64,000 nucleotides of DNA from Candidatus Uhrbacteria bacterium (GTDB lineage Bacteria > Patescibacteriota > Patescibacteriia > UBA9934 > GWF2-40-263), in contig JAAZYG010000023.1 of the NCBI GenBank assembly GCA_014239775.1, forward strand, positions 223 to 64,222, written 5' to 3'. Position 1 is the first letter of the stretch, and every line of letters starts with the position of its first letter. The notes under the pieces were generated by a model, which did no database searches, was not told the DNA's origin, and worked only from the letters and a program-made list of their open reading frames with translations. Positions 37,957-47,515 of the stretch are shown piece after piece. The position numbers and the translations under genes were made by a program.

Positions 37957-38060
37957 GAATATAGGTTTTGTTTTGTTTTTTTTACACGTTTATTAAGTAA
38001 ATGTGTTTTTTTATGTGTTGTTACTTTTTTATTATTTATGTGTATAGTAAAGAGTGCAAC

Positions 38061-38552
38061 ATGAAATATAAGGATTTTGACAAGTTTTATGCCCAAAATA
38101 TTGATCGTATATATAGATACGTCTATTTTAGAGTTGCTCAAAATCATGACATTACCGAGGATAATGTGTCTGAGATATTTATGAAGGCTCTTAAGAATTT
38201 TGAAAAATATGATCCAAAAATTTCAAAATCAGCATGGATATATCAAATAGCACATAATCATTTAAGTAATTACTATAGAGATAAAAAAGATACTGTTAAT
38301 CTAGAAAAAATACAGTTTTATCTTGTTGGAGATGATGGCATGAAGCAGATGGACGATATGTATAGAGATCAAAAGATGTATGAAGCATTGGATAAATTAA
38401 ATGATAATGATAAAGAAGTTGTTACTTTTAAGTACCTTCTCGGGTATACATATGCAGAGATTGGTAAGATTAAGGGAAAAACAACCAGCTCAGTGAAAAT
38501 GGCCAGTCATAGAGCGTTAAAGAAATTAAAAACCCACTTAACCGATTTATAA
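38061..38552 (+). CDS. ECF RNA polymerase sigma factor
   Basis: IYRYVYFRV..EDNVSEIF..AWIYQIAHN (region 2); YAEIG...SVKMASHRALKKL (region 4). Confidence 0.9.
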   Translation: MKYKDFDKFYAQNIDRIYRYVYFRVAQNHDITEDNVSEIFMKALKNFEKYDPKISKSAWIYQIAHNHLSNYYRDKKDTVNLEKIQFYLVGDDGMKQMDDMYRDQKMYEALDKLNDNDKEVVTFKYLLGYTYAEIGKIKGKTTSSVKMASHRALKKLKTHLTDL

Positions 38553-38553
38553 T

Positions 38554-39795
38554 ATGTTTGGGATAAATGGAAAACTAAAAAAAATCAAAAAAGATGCTTC
38601 TCCATCCCAAGCTTTTAAGTCATCGCTGCAAAAGCAGCTTAAGTATGAGATGGAGAATAAGTATATGATAAAAGCGTCAATAATTACACGATACGCCACT
38701 GTTGGAATTACTTCACTTGCATTAGTATTTAGTGCTGGTACAGGGGTTTATGCATATGAAAGTCCAGATGTTGTAGAGGGTCATCCTTTGGAGATTGTTA
38801 AAGAATCAATAGAAAAAGTTGAGGAGCATGTTGCTGGTATTAGAAATAGTAAACCAAAATTTCATGCAAAAATGCTAAACAGACGTTTAGCTGAAGCAAA
38901 ACGTCATGAAATGATACCCAACAAGACTCATGGGTTGTTATTAAGAGTTTCAGATGAACTTGGTATAACAATGCAAGAATTAAGAGAGGGAATTAATAAT
39001 GATGAAACACAGCAGGAGTTGATTGATGAATTGGTCGAGGTTAATGAAAAATATGGTTATTTGCTTGATAGATTAATAAATAAAATAAATACAGATGAGC
39101 CAGATTTATTAAAACGTCGAATTCGTTTACATAATGCTGGATTGGGTGATGAGGTTCGTGCGATAAGGGATGAGTTACATGATTCACAGCTTGATAATGA
39201 TGAAAGGCGTGATTTTTTTAGGGAGCGAATGCATGATCTAATGATGCATAATAAAGAGAAAGCAATGAAACTTCGTAATCAGTTAATTGATGAGGGTCTT
39301 GAAATTGATGATGTTAGGCGTAGAATCAGTGATGAGTTTCATCCAGTCATAAGAGATATAGATCTAGAGATTCAAAAATTAAATCCAGATGAATTGGATA
39401 GGAGATTTTTTCATGAATTTACAGTAGAGATGAAAAAAGAAGGACATGAAGATGGTGAGACAGATGATGTTTCAGAAGAGGATAAGAGGATGCATTTACG
39501 AGCTGAGATGAGGCGTAGATTACATAATGCTGGTGGAATTGAAGTATACCCTAGGTTTATTGGGGACCACATAGAAGCTGTCGTGCCAATGCATGAATTT
39601 GAAGCAATTGAAGGAACAAACAATCATGTGGAAATTGGTACAGATCAAATACCTGAATTTATTCCAGGTTTTATATTCGATGAAATACCGGTAGATAGAT
39701 TTAATGATAGAGTTGATATGTATGAGATAGATGTGAGTGAAGACGAAGATTTACCAACAATTAATACTTCTTTAATTGATGAGTTTGATGAATAG
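38554..39795 (+). CDS. Putative anti-sigma factor (TM + long charged helical region)
   Basis: 1 nt after ECF stop; PSQAFKSSLQKQL, TM, GHPL..VKESIE; RRLAEA. Confidence 0.65.
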   Translation: MFGINGKLKKIKKDASPSQAFKSSLQKQLKYEMENKYMIKASIITRYATVGITSLALVFSAGTGVYAYESPDVVEGHPLEIVKESIEKVEEHVAGIRNSKPKFHAKMLNRRLAEAKRHEMIPNKTHGLLLRVSDELGITMQELREGINNDETQQELIDELVEVNEKYGYLLDRLINKINTDEPDLLKRRIRLHNAGLGDEVRAIRDELHDSQLDNDERRDFFRERMHDLMMHNKEKAMKLRNQLIDEGLEIDDVRRRISDEFHPVIRDIDLEIQKLNPDELDRRFFHEFTVEMKKEGHEDGETDDVSEEDKRMHLRAEMRRRLHNAGGIEVYPRFIGDHIEAVVPMHEFEAIEGTNNHVEIGTDQIPEFIPGFIFDEIPVDRFNDRVDMYEIDVSEDEDLPTINTSLIDEFDE

Positions 39796-39875
39796 GTTAT
39801 TGATTTTAGTCAAGAAATAAAACCTGGGAATTTTCCTGGGTTTTTTGTTATTTGTTGTGTTATACTTACGTTATT

Positions 39876-41255
39876 ATGTTGAAGTTATATAATACACTCA
39901 CAAGAGATAAGGAAGTATTTCGTCCAATTAACAAAGAAAAAGTCGGTTTATATGCATGTGGCCCAACTGTTTATTGGTATGCGCACATTGGAAATATGCG
40001 CTCTTTCATTTTCTCTGATTTGTTACACAGAACATTGAGTTACAATGGATATGAGGTTGATTTTGTAATGAACATAACGGATGTAGGTCATTTAACAGAC
40101 GATGGAGATGATGGTAAAGATAAAATGATCGTAGCCATGCAAAGAGAAGGAAAAACAGCTTTTGAAATTGCAGAATTTTATACAAATTCATTTTTTGACG
40201 ATATAGAGCGGTTGAATATTTTGTCTGCAAATACTTATCCAAAAGCAACAGATCATATTGAAGATCAAATTAAAATGATACAAAAGATTGAAAAGAATGG
40301 TTTTGCGTATAAAACAACTGATGGTGTATATTTTGATACATTTAAACTTAAAGAATACGGAATTTTATCTGGTCAAAAGGCAGAAGAAAAAAAGGCTGGT
40401 GCACGTGTTGACATGAAGGAAAAAAGAAATAATACAGATTTTGCATTGTGGAAATTGTCAGACTCTGAAAGTAAAAGACAGATGGAATGGAACTCTCCTT
40501 GGGGTAAAGGTTTCCCAGGTTGGCATATTGAATGTTCTGCAATGTCAATAAAATATTTAGGGCAATCATTTGATATACATACAGGCGGTATTGACCATGT
40601 TTCTGTGCATCACGAAAATGAACTTGCACAGTCAATGGGTGCAAATTCTGTTTATCATGCACAAATCTGGATGCATAATGAGTTTCTGACTGTAGATAAC
40701 GGAAAAATGAGCAAATCACTTGGTAATTTATTCACTGTAAAAGATCTTATTGATAAGAAATACGATCCTATCGCATTTAGGTATATGGTTTTGGGAGCAC
40801 ATTACAGAACAAAATTAAATTTTACATGGGAGGCTCTTGAGGCGTCTGAGAATGCGCTTTTTAGATTGCAAGATTTGGTGCGTGATTGGGATAAGCCAGG
40901 TGTAGATACTTGTAAGGAATTAGAAGATGAGTTTATGGATGCAATAAACAATGATCTTGATACACCAAAAACATTGGCTATAGTTTGGAAGTTGATTGAT
41001 TCCGATTTTTCATCAAGTGAGAAGGCTGGTACTTTGCTAAAGTTTAATAGTATATTAGGATTAAGCCTTGAAAACTATATAGCAAAACCTTTATTTGTTT
41101 CAGAAGAAGTTAATGTATTGATTAAACAAAGGGCATTAGTAAGAAAGGAAAAAGATTGGAAAAAATCTGATTTAATACGAAATCAAATTGAGAAACTTGG
41201 TTATTTGGTAGAGGATATGGAGGATAGGCAAAAATTGATAGAAATACGAAAGTAA
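39876..41255 (+). CDS. cysS: Cysteine--tRNA ligase
   Basis: CGPTVY..HIGN, DFALWK, PGWHIECSAM, KMSKS. Confidence 0.97.
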   Translation: MLKLYNTLTRDKEVFRPINKEKVGLYACGPTVYWYAHIGNMRSFIFSDLLHRTLSYNGYEVDFVMNITDVGHLTDDGDDGKDKMIVAMQREGKTAFEIAEFYTNSFFDDIERLNILSANTYPKATDHIEDQIKMIQKIEKNGFAYKTTDGVYFDTFKLKEYGILSGQKAEEKKAGARVDMKEKRNNTDFALWKLSDSESKRQMEWNSPWGKGFPGWHIECSAMSIKYLGQSFDIHTGGIDHVSVHHENELAQSMGANSVYHAQIWMHNEFLTVDNGKMSKSLGNLFTVKDLIDKKYDPIAFRYMVLGAHYRTKLNFTWEALEASENALFRLQDLVRDWDKPGVDTCKELEDEFMDAINNDLDTPKTLAIVWKLIDSDFSSSEKAGTLLKFNSILGLSLENYIAKPLFVSEEVNVLIKQRALVRKEKDWKKSDLIRNQIEKLGYLVEDMEDRQKLIEIRK

Positions 41256-41281
41256 ATAGCGGGTTATCCCCGCTATTTTTT
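41254..41281 (+). terminator. Intrinsic terminator after cysS
   Basis: aaatagcggg/cccgctattt stem + T-run. Confidence 0.75.
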
Positions 41282-41310
41282 ATGTGTTGTGGTAAAATAT
41301 AAGTAGGCTT

Positions 41311-41841
41311 ATGCCAAAAGATAAATCAATTGATGCTAAAAAAACTCCTGAAAAACAGGGGGAGATTAAAGCGTTTGAAAAAAAAGATAAATCAATTGTT
41401 CAGGAAGTTTCTGCTGAGAAAATTAGTGTACCTGAAAAAAAAATAGATATTCATAAAGAAGATGAAAATCCTAAATTAGATAATGAGGATGTTGTTTCAA
41501 AAAAAAGATCAGAACCTGTCACAACTCCAGATGTTGTACAAGTAAATAACATCGACGATAACCAGATCAAAAAAAGAATAGAAGGTATTTTAGAGGAGGA
41601 TCTTTCTGATTTTTATGCATCATTATCACCAGATAAACAGATACAATTTAGGTTAAAGGGTGAGGAGACACTTTTAAAAATAATGGCGGTAGTCTCAAAA
41701 ACACGTGTCAATGCACGAAAAATTTTTAAATTAATAAAAGTTTGGTTAAAAACAATACCAGGTGTTAATCGTTTCTTTTTAGAGCAGGAGGCAAAAATAA
41801 AAACAGATAAGATTTTGCATGTTAAAGATATAGATGATTAA
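41311..41841 (+). CDS. Hypothetical protein preceding VirD4-like ATPase
   Basis: Disordered N-terminus; IPGVNRFFLEQEAKIKTDKIL C-terminus. Confidence 0.75.
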   Translation: MPKDKSIDAKKTPEKQGEIKAFEKKDKSIVQEVSAEKISVPEKKIDIHKEDENPKLDNEDVVSKKRSEPVTTPDVVQVNNIDDNQIKKRIEGILEEDLSDFYASLSPDKQIQFRLKGEETLLKIMAVVSKTRVNARKIFKLIKVWLKTIPGVNRFFLEQEAKIKTDKILHVKDIDD

Positions 41842-41862
41842 CACTGTAAATAGATCAAAAAT

Positions 41863-44418
41863 GTGACTATATTTCAATTTGGTTTGCAAGTAGAAGCTCA
41901 AGCAGCCCAGGTAATGCCTAGGAGTGATTTGTATTACTCGACTCTTATTGGAAAAGGAATGTTTGTGTTAGTTATTGTTGTGGCCTTGTTATTTATTGCA
42001 CGTTTTTTTATGAAGCGTGCTGCAATTGCAAGACAATCTATTTTTAATACAAAAACAATACTAATCACATTACCTAAGTTTAAGAGAGAAGAAGATGCAC
42101 ATGGTGGAGGAAATAAGGAACAGGTCATTGACACAATTGCATCTGCTGAAACTTTTTTTGCATCAGTGGCAGGTTTAAAGGCTCAGAGAGGGTTTCATGC
42201 ATGGTTTTTTGGTAGATACGATGAATTGTCTTTTGAGATAGTTGTTGAAAAGAAAGTTATTAAGTTTTACATAAATACACCAAATCATTTAAAGGAACAT
42301 GTAGAACAGCAGTTATCCGCCTCATATCCTGATGCTTATTTTGAGGAGGTAGAAGATTATAATTTATTTGAACCAGATAGTGTAATTGTTGGTAGTTACA
42401 TGGTGTTTAGGAGGGATAGTGCTTTTCCAATTAAAACATATCGTAAATTAGATAAAGATCCATTAAATGCATTAACAAATATTTTATCAAAAGTACCAGA
42501 TACTGAAGGTGCTGTATTTCAGTTTGTGATTCGTTCATCATATGCAAAGTGGCGTAAAAAAGGTATAGCAGTTGCGTCTAGAATGCAGCAAGGTATGAGT
42601 ATGAATGAGGCATTAAAGGGTGGTAAAAAAAGCAAAAATAATTTAGCTGAGTTGGCTGGTTTGGGTTCTGATAAGGCTCGTGAGCCAGAAAAAGAGTATA
42701 GATTATCACCTCAAGAAGAAGAAGTTGTTAAGGGTTTACAGGAAAAAGCTAGTAAAGGTGGTTTAGATGTTTGTATTAGGTTGGTTGTTTCTGGAAAAAA
42801 TGCAACAACAGCAAAAGCTACCATGCAAAATATGTTAAATGCATTTGCACAGTATAATATTTATGAATATGGCAATTCGTTTGTAAAAGTTGTACCTAAG
42901 TATAAAAAAAGGCTTATAAAGCAATTTATACACAGAGACTTAGATGACAAGCAAACAATAGTAATGAACGCAGAAGAGATGGCTAGTATGTGGCATTTGC
43001 CTACACCATGGACAGAAACACCAAACATAAAATGGTTAGGTGCAAGAAAAGGTTCTGCACCATCAAACGTACCTGGTCCAGAGGATGGTGATATAGAGAT
43101 TGGTTTCAATACTTATAGAGGAATTAAAACACCGGTATGGATGAAGTCAATTGATAGAACCAGACATATGTATGTTGTTGGTAAGTCTGGTTCTGGTAAG
43201 TCTCAATTAATAGCAAAACTAGCAATTCAAGACATAAAAGCAGGTCGTGGAGTCGCTGTTGTTGAACCTCATGGAGATTTGATAGAGCAAATATTGGGTA
43301 ATATACCAAAAGATCGTATTGACGATGTCGTTCATTTTAATCCGTCAGATTTAGAGCGTCCAATGGGTTTGAACATGCTAGAGACAAAAGATGAGTCAAT
43401 GAAAGATTTTGCAGTACAAGAAATGATTTCTATATTTTATAAATTATTTCCACCTGAGATGATTGGTCCAATGTTTGAGCATAACATGAGAAATGTGATG
43501 CTAACTTTGATGGCTGATCCAAAGATTTCTGGAACAATTGCTGAGATTCCAAGGATGTTTTCTGATGAAGATTTTCAGAAAAAATGGGTAGCAAAAGTTA
43601 AGGATCCTGTTGTTCGTTCGTTTTGGGAGGATGAGATGGCTAAAACAAGTGATTTTCACAAATCAGAAATGCTTGGTTATTTAATTTCAAAGGTTGGTAG
43701 GTTTGTTGAGAATGAAATGATGCGTAATATTATTGGACAACCAAAATCAGCTTTTGATTTTAGAGAAATAATGGATAATAAAAAAATATTGCTTGTTAAT
43801 CTATCAAAGGGGAAAACAGGTGATGTTAATGCTGAGCTTCTTGGTTTGATTATAGTTTCCAAGTTGCAGATGGCAGCATTGGCAAGGGCTGATATGCCAG
43901 AAGATCAACGACATGATTTTTATCTTTATATTGATGAGTTTCAAAACTTTATCACAGATTCAATTGCAACAATTTTATCTGAGGCACGTAAATATCGTTT
44001 AAATTTAATAATCGCCCACCAGTATATAGGGCAGTTAGTAAAAAATAATGACACACAAATAAAGGATGCGGTATTTGGAAACGTGGGTACTACTTTTGTG
44101 GCTCGAATAGGTCCAGAAGATGTTGATACATTAGAAAAAGTTTATTCGCCATATTTTTCTGGTTATGACTTAATCAACTCAGATAAGTTTACTTGGTATT
44201 TGAAGATGATTGTTGGAAATGCTCAGTTAAAACCTTTTACATTAAATTTTAATCCTCCACCAAGTGGGAAAACAGAACTTGCTAATGCAATCAAGGAGTT
44301 GTCTAGATTAAAGTATGGAAAAAGTAGAGAGGTCGTATCAGCTGATATTTTAGAAAGAACTCAATTAGGGGCATCTTCCGGTGGACAACCTCCTGCCATA
44401 GGTGAGGGTGGTTTATGA
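41863..44418 (+). CDS. VirD4/TraG/HerA-like P-loop ATPase with N-terminal TM
   Basis: DRTRHMYVVGKSGSGKS, YLYIDEFQNF, ILSEARKYRL..AHQY. Confidence 0.85.
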   Translation: MTIFQFGLQVEAQAAQVMPRSDLYYSTLIGKGMFVLVIVVALLFIARFFMKRAAIARQSIFNTKTILITLPKFKREEDAHGGGNKEQVIDTIASAETFFASVAGLKAQRGFHAWFFGRYDELSFEIVVEKKVIKFYINTPNHLKEHVEQQLSASYPDAYFEEVEDYNLFEPDSVIVGSYMVFRRDSAFPIKTYRKLDKDPLNALTNILSKVPDTEGAVFQFVIRSSYAKWRKKGIAVASRMQQGMSMNEALKGGKKSKNNLAELAGLGSDKAREPEKEYRLSPQEEEVVKGLQEKASKGGLDVCIRLVVSGKNATTAKATMQNMLNAFAQYNIYEYGNSFVKVVPKYKKRLIKQFIHRDLDDKQTIVMNAEEMASMWHLPTPWTETPNIKWLGARKGSAPSNVPGPEDGDIEIGFNTYRGIKTPVWMKSIDRTRHMYVVGKSGSGKSQLIAKLAIQDIKAGRGVAVVEPHGDLIEQILGNIPKDRIDDVVHFNPSDLERPMGLNMLETKDESMKDFAVQEMISIFYKLFPPEMIGPMFEHNMRNVMLTLMADPKISGTIAEIPRMFSDEDFQKKWVAKVKDPVVRSFWEDEMAKTSDFHKSEMLGYLISKVGRFVENEMMRNIIGQPKSAFDFREIMDNKKILLVNLSKGKTGDVNAELLGLIIVSKLQMAALARADMPEDQRHDFYLYIDEFQNFITDSIATILSEARKYRLNLIIAHQYIGQLVKNNDTQIKDAVFGNVGTTFVARIGPEDVDTLEKVYSPYFSGYDLINSDKFTWYLKMIVGNAQLKPFTLNFNPPPSGKTELANAIKELSRLKYGKSREVVSADILERTQLGASSGGQPPAIGEGGL

Positions 44419-44430
44419 TAAAATCTATTT

Positions 44431-45054
44431 ATGAACTTTGAAGAAATAAACAATGAATTGAATTTTGAGCCAGAACCAGATGTGGAATTACATGCAGATC
44501 ATATTGAGCACAAAGACGCTAGAGAGCATTTGGCTTTACAGATGCTTAAGCAGGTTAAAGATAGTCTTACGCATGTAATACATTTATTGGAGGAAGGTGA
44601 TCAAGCAAGGGCAACTAGGCATATGGTTGATTTGGTTACTTCAAAAAAGAATTTAGAAAAAGAACTTGAAAGATCTACAGGATCTGTGGTTCTTGAAGGT
44701 GTGTTTGATGGTGTGTGTATGGTTGGGTCAGATGGTGTGAGATATGATGTATCAGAGAACTATGCATCAAAGTCAAAGTTGATTGAAGGTGATGTTTTAA
44801 AACTGACCATTAAAACTGATGGTGGATATTTATATAAGCAGATAAATCCTACGGATCGTATGAGAATGGTTGGTAAATTAGCAATAGATGATGTGTCAAA
44901 AAATTCTGTAGTTTGTTGTGGAGAACAGGTTTTTAGAGTCTTGGATTCATCTGTTAAATATTACAAGGGAACACCTGGTGATGAGGTTGTTGTGTTGGTT
45001 CCAAGAAGTGGAGGATCTACTTGGGCAGCTGTAGAAAATATAGTAAGATCCTAA
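44431..45054 (+). CDS. Hypothetical protein
   Basis: EGVFDG..MVG.DG..Y.V.ENYASKSKLIEGD motif. Confidence 0.7.
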   Translation: MNFEEINNELNFEPEPDVELHADHIEHKDAREHLALQMLKQVKDSLTHVIHLLEEGDQARATRHMVDLVTSKKNLEKELERSTGSVVLEGVFDGVCMVGSDGVRYDVSENYASKSKLIEGDVLKLTIKTDGGYLYKQINPTDRMRMVGKLAIDDVSKNSVVCCGEQVFRVLDSSVKYYKGTPGDEVVVLVPRSGGSTWAAVENIVRS

Positions 45055-45056
45055 TC

Positions 45057-46613
45057 ATGGCAGAAGTAATTTATAGAAAATATCGTCCAATCAAGTTTTG
45101 TGATGTGATTGGACAAGATCACGTGGTAAATACCATACAAAACCAGTTTTCAGCTGGTTCTATTAGTCATGCATATTTATTTACTGGTCCACGTGGAATT
45201 GGAAAAACAACAACAGCAAGGCTATTGGCAAGATTGGTGAACTGTAAGAATGTTAAGGAGAATGAGCCTTGTAATGAGTGCGATGTGTGCGTACAAATAA
45301 TAAATGGCACAGCGTTAGATATTTATGAGATTGATGCCGCTTCACATACAGATGTAGAGCATATTCGCGAAAATATAATAAAAGGCGTTAGGTTTGCACC
45401 AAATCAATTAAATAAAAAAGTTTATATAATTGACGAGGTTCACATGCTGTCTATCTCAGCTTTTAACGCACTACTAAAAACATTAGAGGAACCACCGGGA
45501 CATGCCTTGTTTGTTCTTGCTACAACAGAAATACATAAAATACCAGATACGATAATTAGTAGATGTCAGAGGTTTGATTTTAGACGAATTTCAGCTGAAA
45601 AATTAGTTGAAAGGTTGAACATGATTGCAGTAGCAGAAGGTGTTGAGGTTGATGTTGATGTTTTAGAAAGTGTGGTTAGGCATAGTGGTGGTTGTGCTCG
45701 TGATGCAGAGAGCTTGTTTGGTCAGTTATTGGCACTTGGTGAATCAAAGATAACACTTACAAACGCTTCAATAGTATTACCAGCAACCAATGTTATTATT
45801 ATTAAGGAATTTATCGGTGCATTGGTTAAAAGAGATGCACAACAAGCTATTGAGTTTTTAAATGGATACATAGAACAGGGTGTAGATTTACAAAATTTTA
45901 TTGACGAGACTATTTATTGGTTGCGAGATCAAATGATTTTAGCTGTTACGGGTAATGCATCTGATCTAGGTTTGGATTTAATAAAAAGAACAATAGAGTC
46001 ATTTTTAAGTATAAGAGGGAATTTAAAAAATGATTTCATACCTCAGTTATCAATTGAGTTAGAAATTATTAAATTATGTAATCTTATTACTGAGGAATCT
46101 AAATTAATTGATGATGTAAAAAAAAAACCTGAAAATATAAATGATGCTGAGGGTTTTAAAAAAAGGGAGGTTGATTTGATTTGTGAAAAAAAAAATGAAA
46201 ATATTTTAATAAAAACGGAAAATATTGCTGCAGACCATGTTTCAGAAATGGTTTCATCTGTTTTTGAAACTGAAAAAAAGGTATTCGATACTATACCTGT
46301 TATTGACATAGATGAAGTTAAGAATAAATGGCCAAAGGTTTTTAAGCAAATAAAGGCTTGTAATGCCTCATTGCCGCTTTTTATGCAGACATGTGAAATA
46401 TCAGGTGTGTCAGAAGGGTGTGTTGAGTTAGGTTTTAAATATGATTTATATGTTGATGCAATTAATAAAGATAAAAACCGTAAATTAATTGAGTCAGTAT
46501 TAAAGGATGTAATTGGAAAAGATATTAAGGTTAGGGCAATAAAAACAAAAGCAGTACAGGAATCTGAGTCCTTGAATGAGTTAGCAAAGGAGTTTGGTGG
46601 TTCTGTTGTATAA
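45057..46613 (+). CDS. dnaX: DNA polymerase III subunit gamma/tau
   Basis: YRKYRP, GPRGIGKTT, zinc Cys cluster, IIDEVHML, SRC. Confidence 0.95.
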   Translation: MAEVIYRKYRPIKFCDVIGQDHVVNTIQNQFSAGSISHAYLFTGPRGIGKTTTARLLARLVNCKNVKENEPCNECDVCVQIINGTALDIYEIDAASHTDVEHIRENIIKGVRFAPNQLNKKVYIIDEVHMLSISAFNALLKTLEEPPGHALFVLATTEIHKIPDTIISRCQRFDFRRISAEKLVERLNMIAVAEGVEVDVDVLESVVRHSGGCARDAESLFGQLLALGESKITLTNASIVLPATNVIIIKEFIGALVKRDAQQAIEFLNGYIEQGVDLQNFIDETIYWLRDQMILAVTGNASDLGLDLIKRTIESFLSIRGNLKNDFIPQLSIELEIIKLCNLITEESKLIDDVKKKPENINDAEGFKKREVDLICEKKNENILIKTENIAADHVSEMVSSVFETEKKVFDTIPVIDIDEVKNKWPKVFKQIKACNASLPLFMQTCEISGVSEGCVELGFKYDLYVDAINKDKNRKLIESVLKDVIGKDIKVRAIKTKAVQESESLNELAKEFGGSVV

Positions 46614-46652
46614 AAAAACGACCATAGTATTGGTCGAATAAGTACCTAAGTA

Positions 46653-46823
46653 TTAGGCGGTATGTGGTTTTGAGGCTAAGGCTTGTTTTTTAGACATTTT
46701 CATCTGCTCAATTTCACGTTTCATCTTGTCGCCACAAGTATTGCAGAGACCATGAGAAATATTAAGTTTTTCATTTCTGTCTCCTGTTAAATGTTTGTCA
46801 CACCAAGCACAAACTATTCGCAT
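46653..46823 (-). CDS. 56-aa zinc-binding microprotein (CAWC...SHGLCxxC)
   Basis: MRIVCAWCDKHLTGDRNEKLNISHGLCNTCGDKMKREIEQ...; SD AGGAGGT 46828-46834; promoter TTGACC-17-TAAAAT 46854-46882. Confidence 0.78.
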   Translation of the reverse strand: MRIVCAWCDKHLTGDRNEKLNISHGLCNTCGDKMKREIEQMKMSKKQALASKPHTA

Positions 46824-46938
46824 AGACACCTCCTTAAATAAATGTGCTGCGGGATTTTAACATGAACACTAAAGATGGTCAACTGTTGATAAGTTAGAAT
46901 TATAAAAACCACCAAAATAAAGGGTGTTTTTTAGTAAC

Positions 46939-47289
46939 TTAATGTTCCTTTTTGAATGAAACTTTGAATACAGGGTACCAAGTATTGTCATAATCATCTG
47001 TTATTTCAACAGTTTGATTATTTGTATACATGTTAAGTGCTATATCTGATAAGAGTTCTTGATCGGTTGCAATGTCTATTTTTAAATCATCTAATTCCAT
47101 AAATTCTGCCGTAGATGCTCTTATGTCTTGTTCTATTGATTTCTTTTCTTCACGTAGCACTTTTATTTCTTCTATAATTTCACTGTGTCGTGGATTATGT
47201 GCAAGTTCGTCTTTTAGCATTTTTCCAATTTCTCTTTTTCTCTGTGTGCTCTTTTCTAATCTTTTATAAACTTCTTCAAGTTTTGCCAT
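46939..47289 (-). CDS. Hypothetical coiled-coil protein
   Basis: 116-aa ORF; LLSDIAL...VEITD.YDN.WYPVFKV. Confidence 0.72.
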   Translation of the reverse strand: MAKLEEVYKRLEKSTQRKREIGKMLKDELAHNPRHSEIIEEIKVLREEKKSIEQDIRASTAEFMELDDLKIDIATDQELLSDIALNMYTNNQTVEITDDYDNTWYPVFKVSFKKEH

Positions 47290-47354
47290 ATTTTGATGTG
47301 TGTATATTAATGATGCACAAAATTATATCATAAATAAGTTAGTGGTACAGTTGT

Positions 47355-47390
47355 AAAAAAAGAAACGATGCTTTAGCATCGTTTCTTTTT
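47355..47390 (-). terminator. Terminator after tRNA-Gln(CUG)
   Basis: aaagaaacgatgct/agcatcgtttcttt stem. Confidence 0.75.
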
Positions 47391-47464
47391 TGGTTCCCGG
47401 ACAGGGATTCGAACCCCGATTCCTTGGACCAGAACCAAGTGTCCTGCCATTAGACTATCCGGGA
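47391..47464 (-). tRNA. tRNA-Gln(CUG)
   Basis: TCCCGGA acceptor, CTTGG-TTCTGGT-CCAAG anticodon arm, CCA. Confidence 0.95.
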
Positions 47465-47515
47465 ATGTGTGTTATTTGCGTCGGAAATATAACATTATTA
47501 CATTGTCTGGTCAAT

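Noticed and set aside
47391-47464. Amber suppressor tRNA
   Set aside because: The anticodon reads CTG (Gln), not CTA.
25589-47464. Shared 29-bp sequence at 25589 and 47391 as attL/attR of an integrated element
   Set aside because: Both are complete tRNA-Gln isoacceptors; the enclosed DNA is housekeeping and has no integrase.
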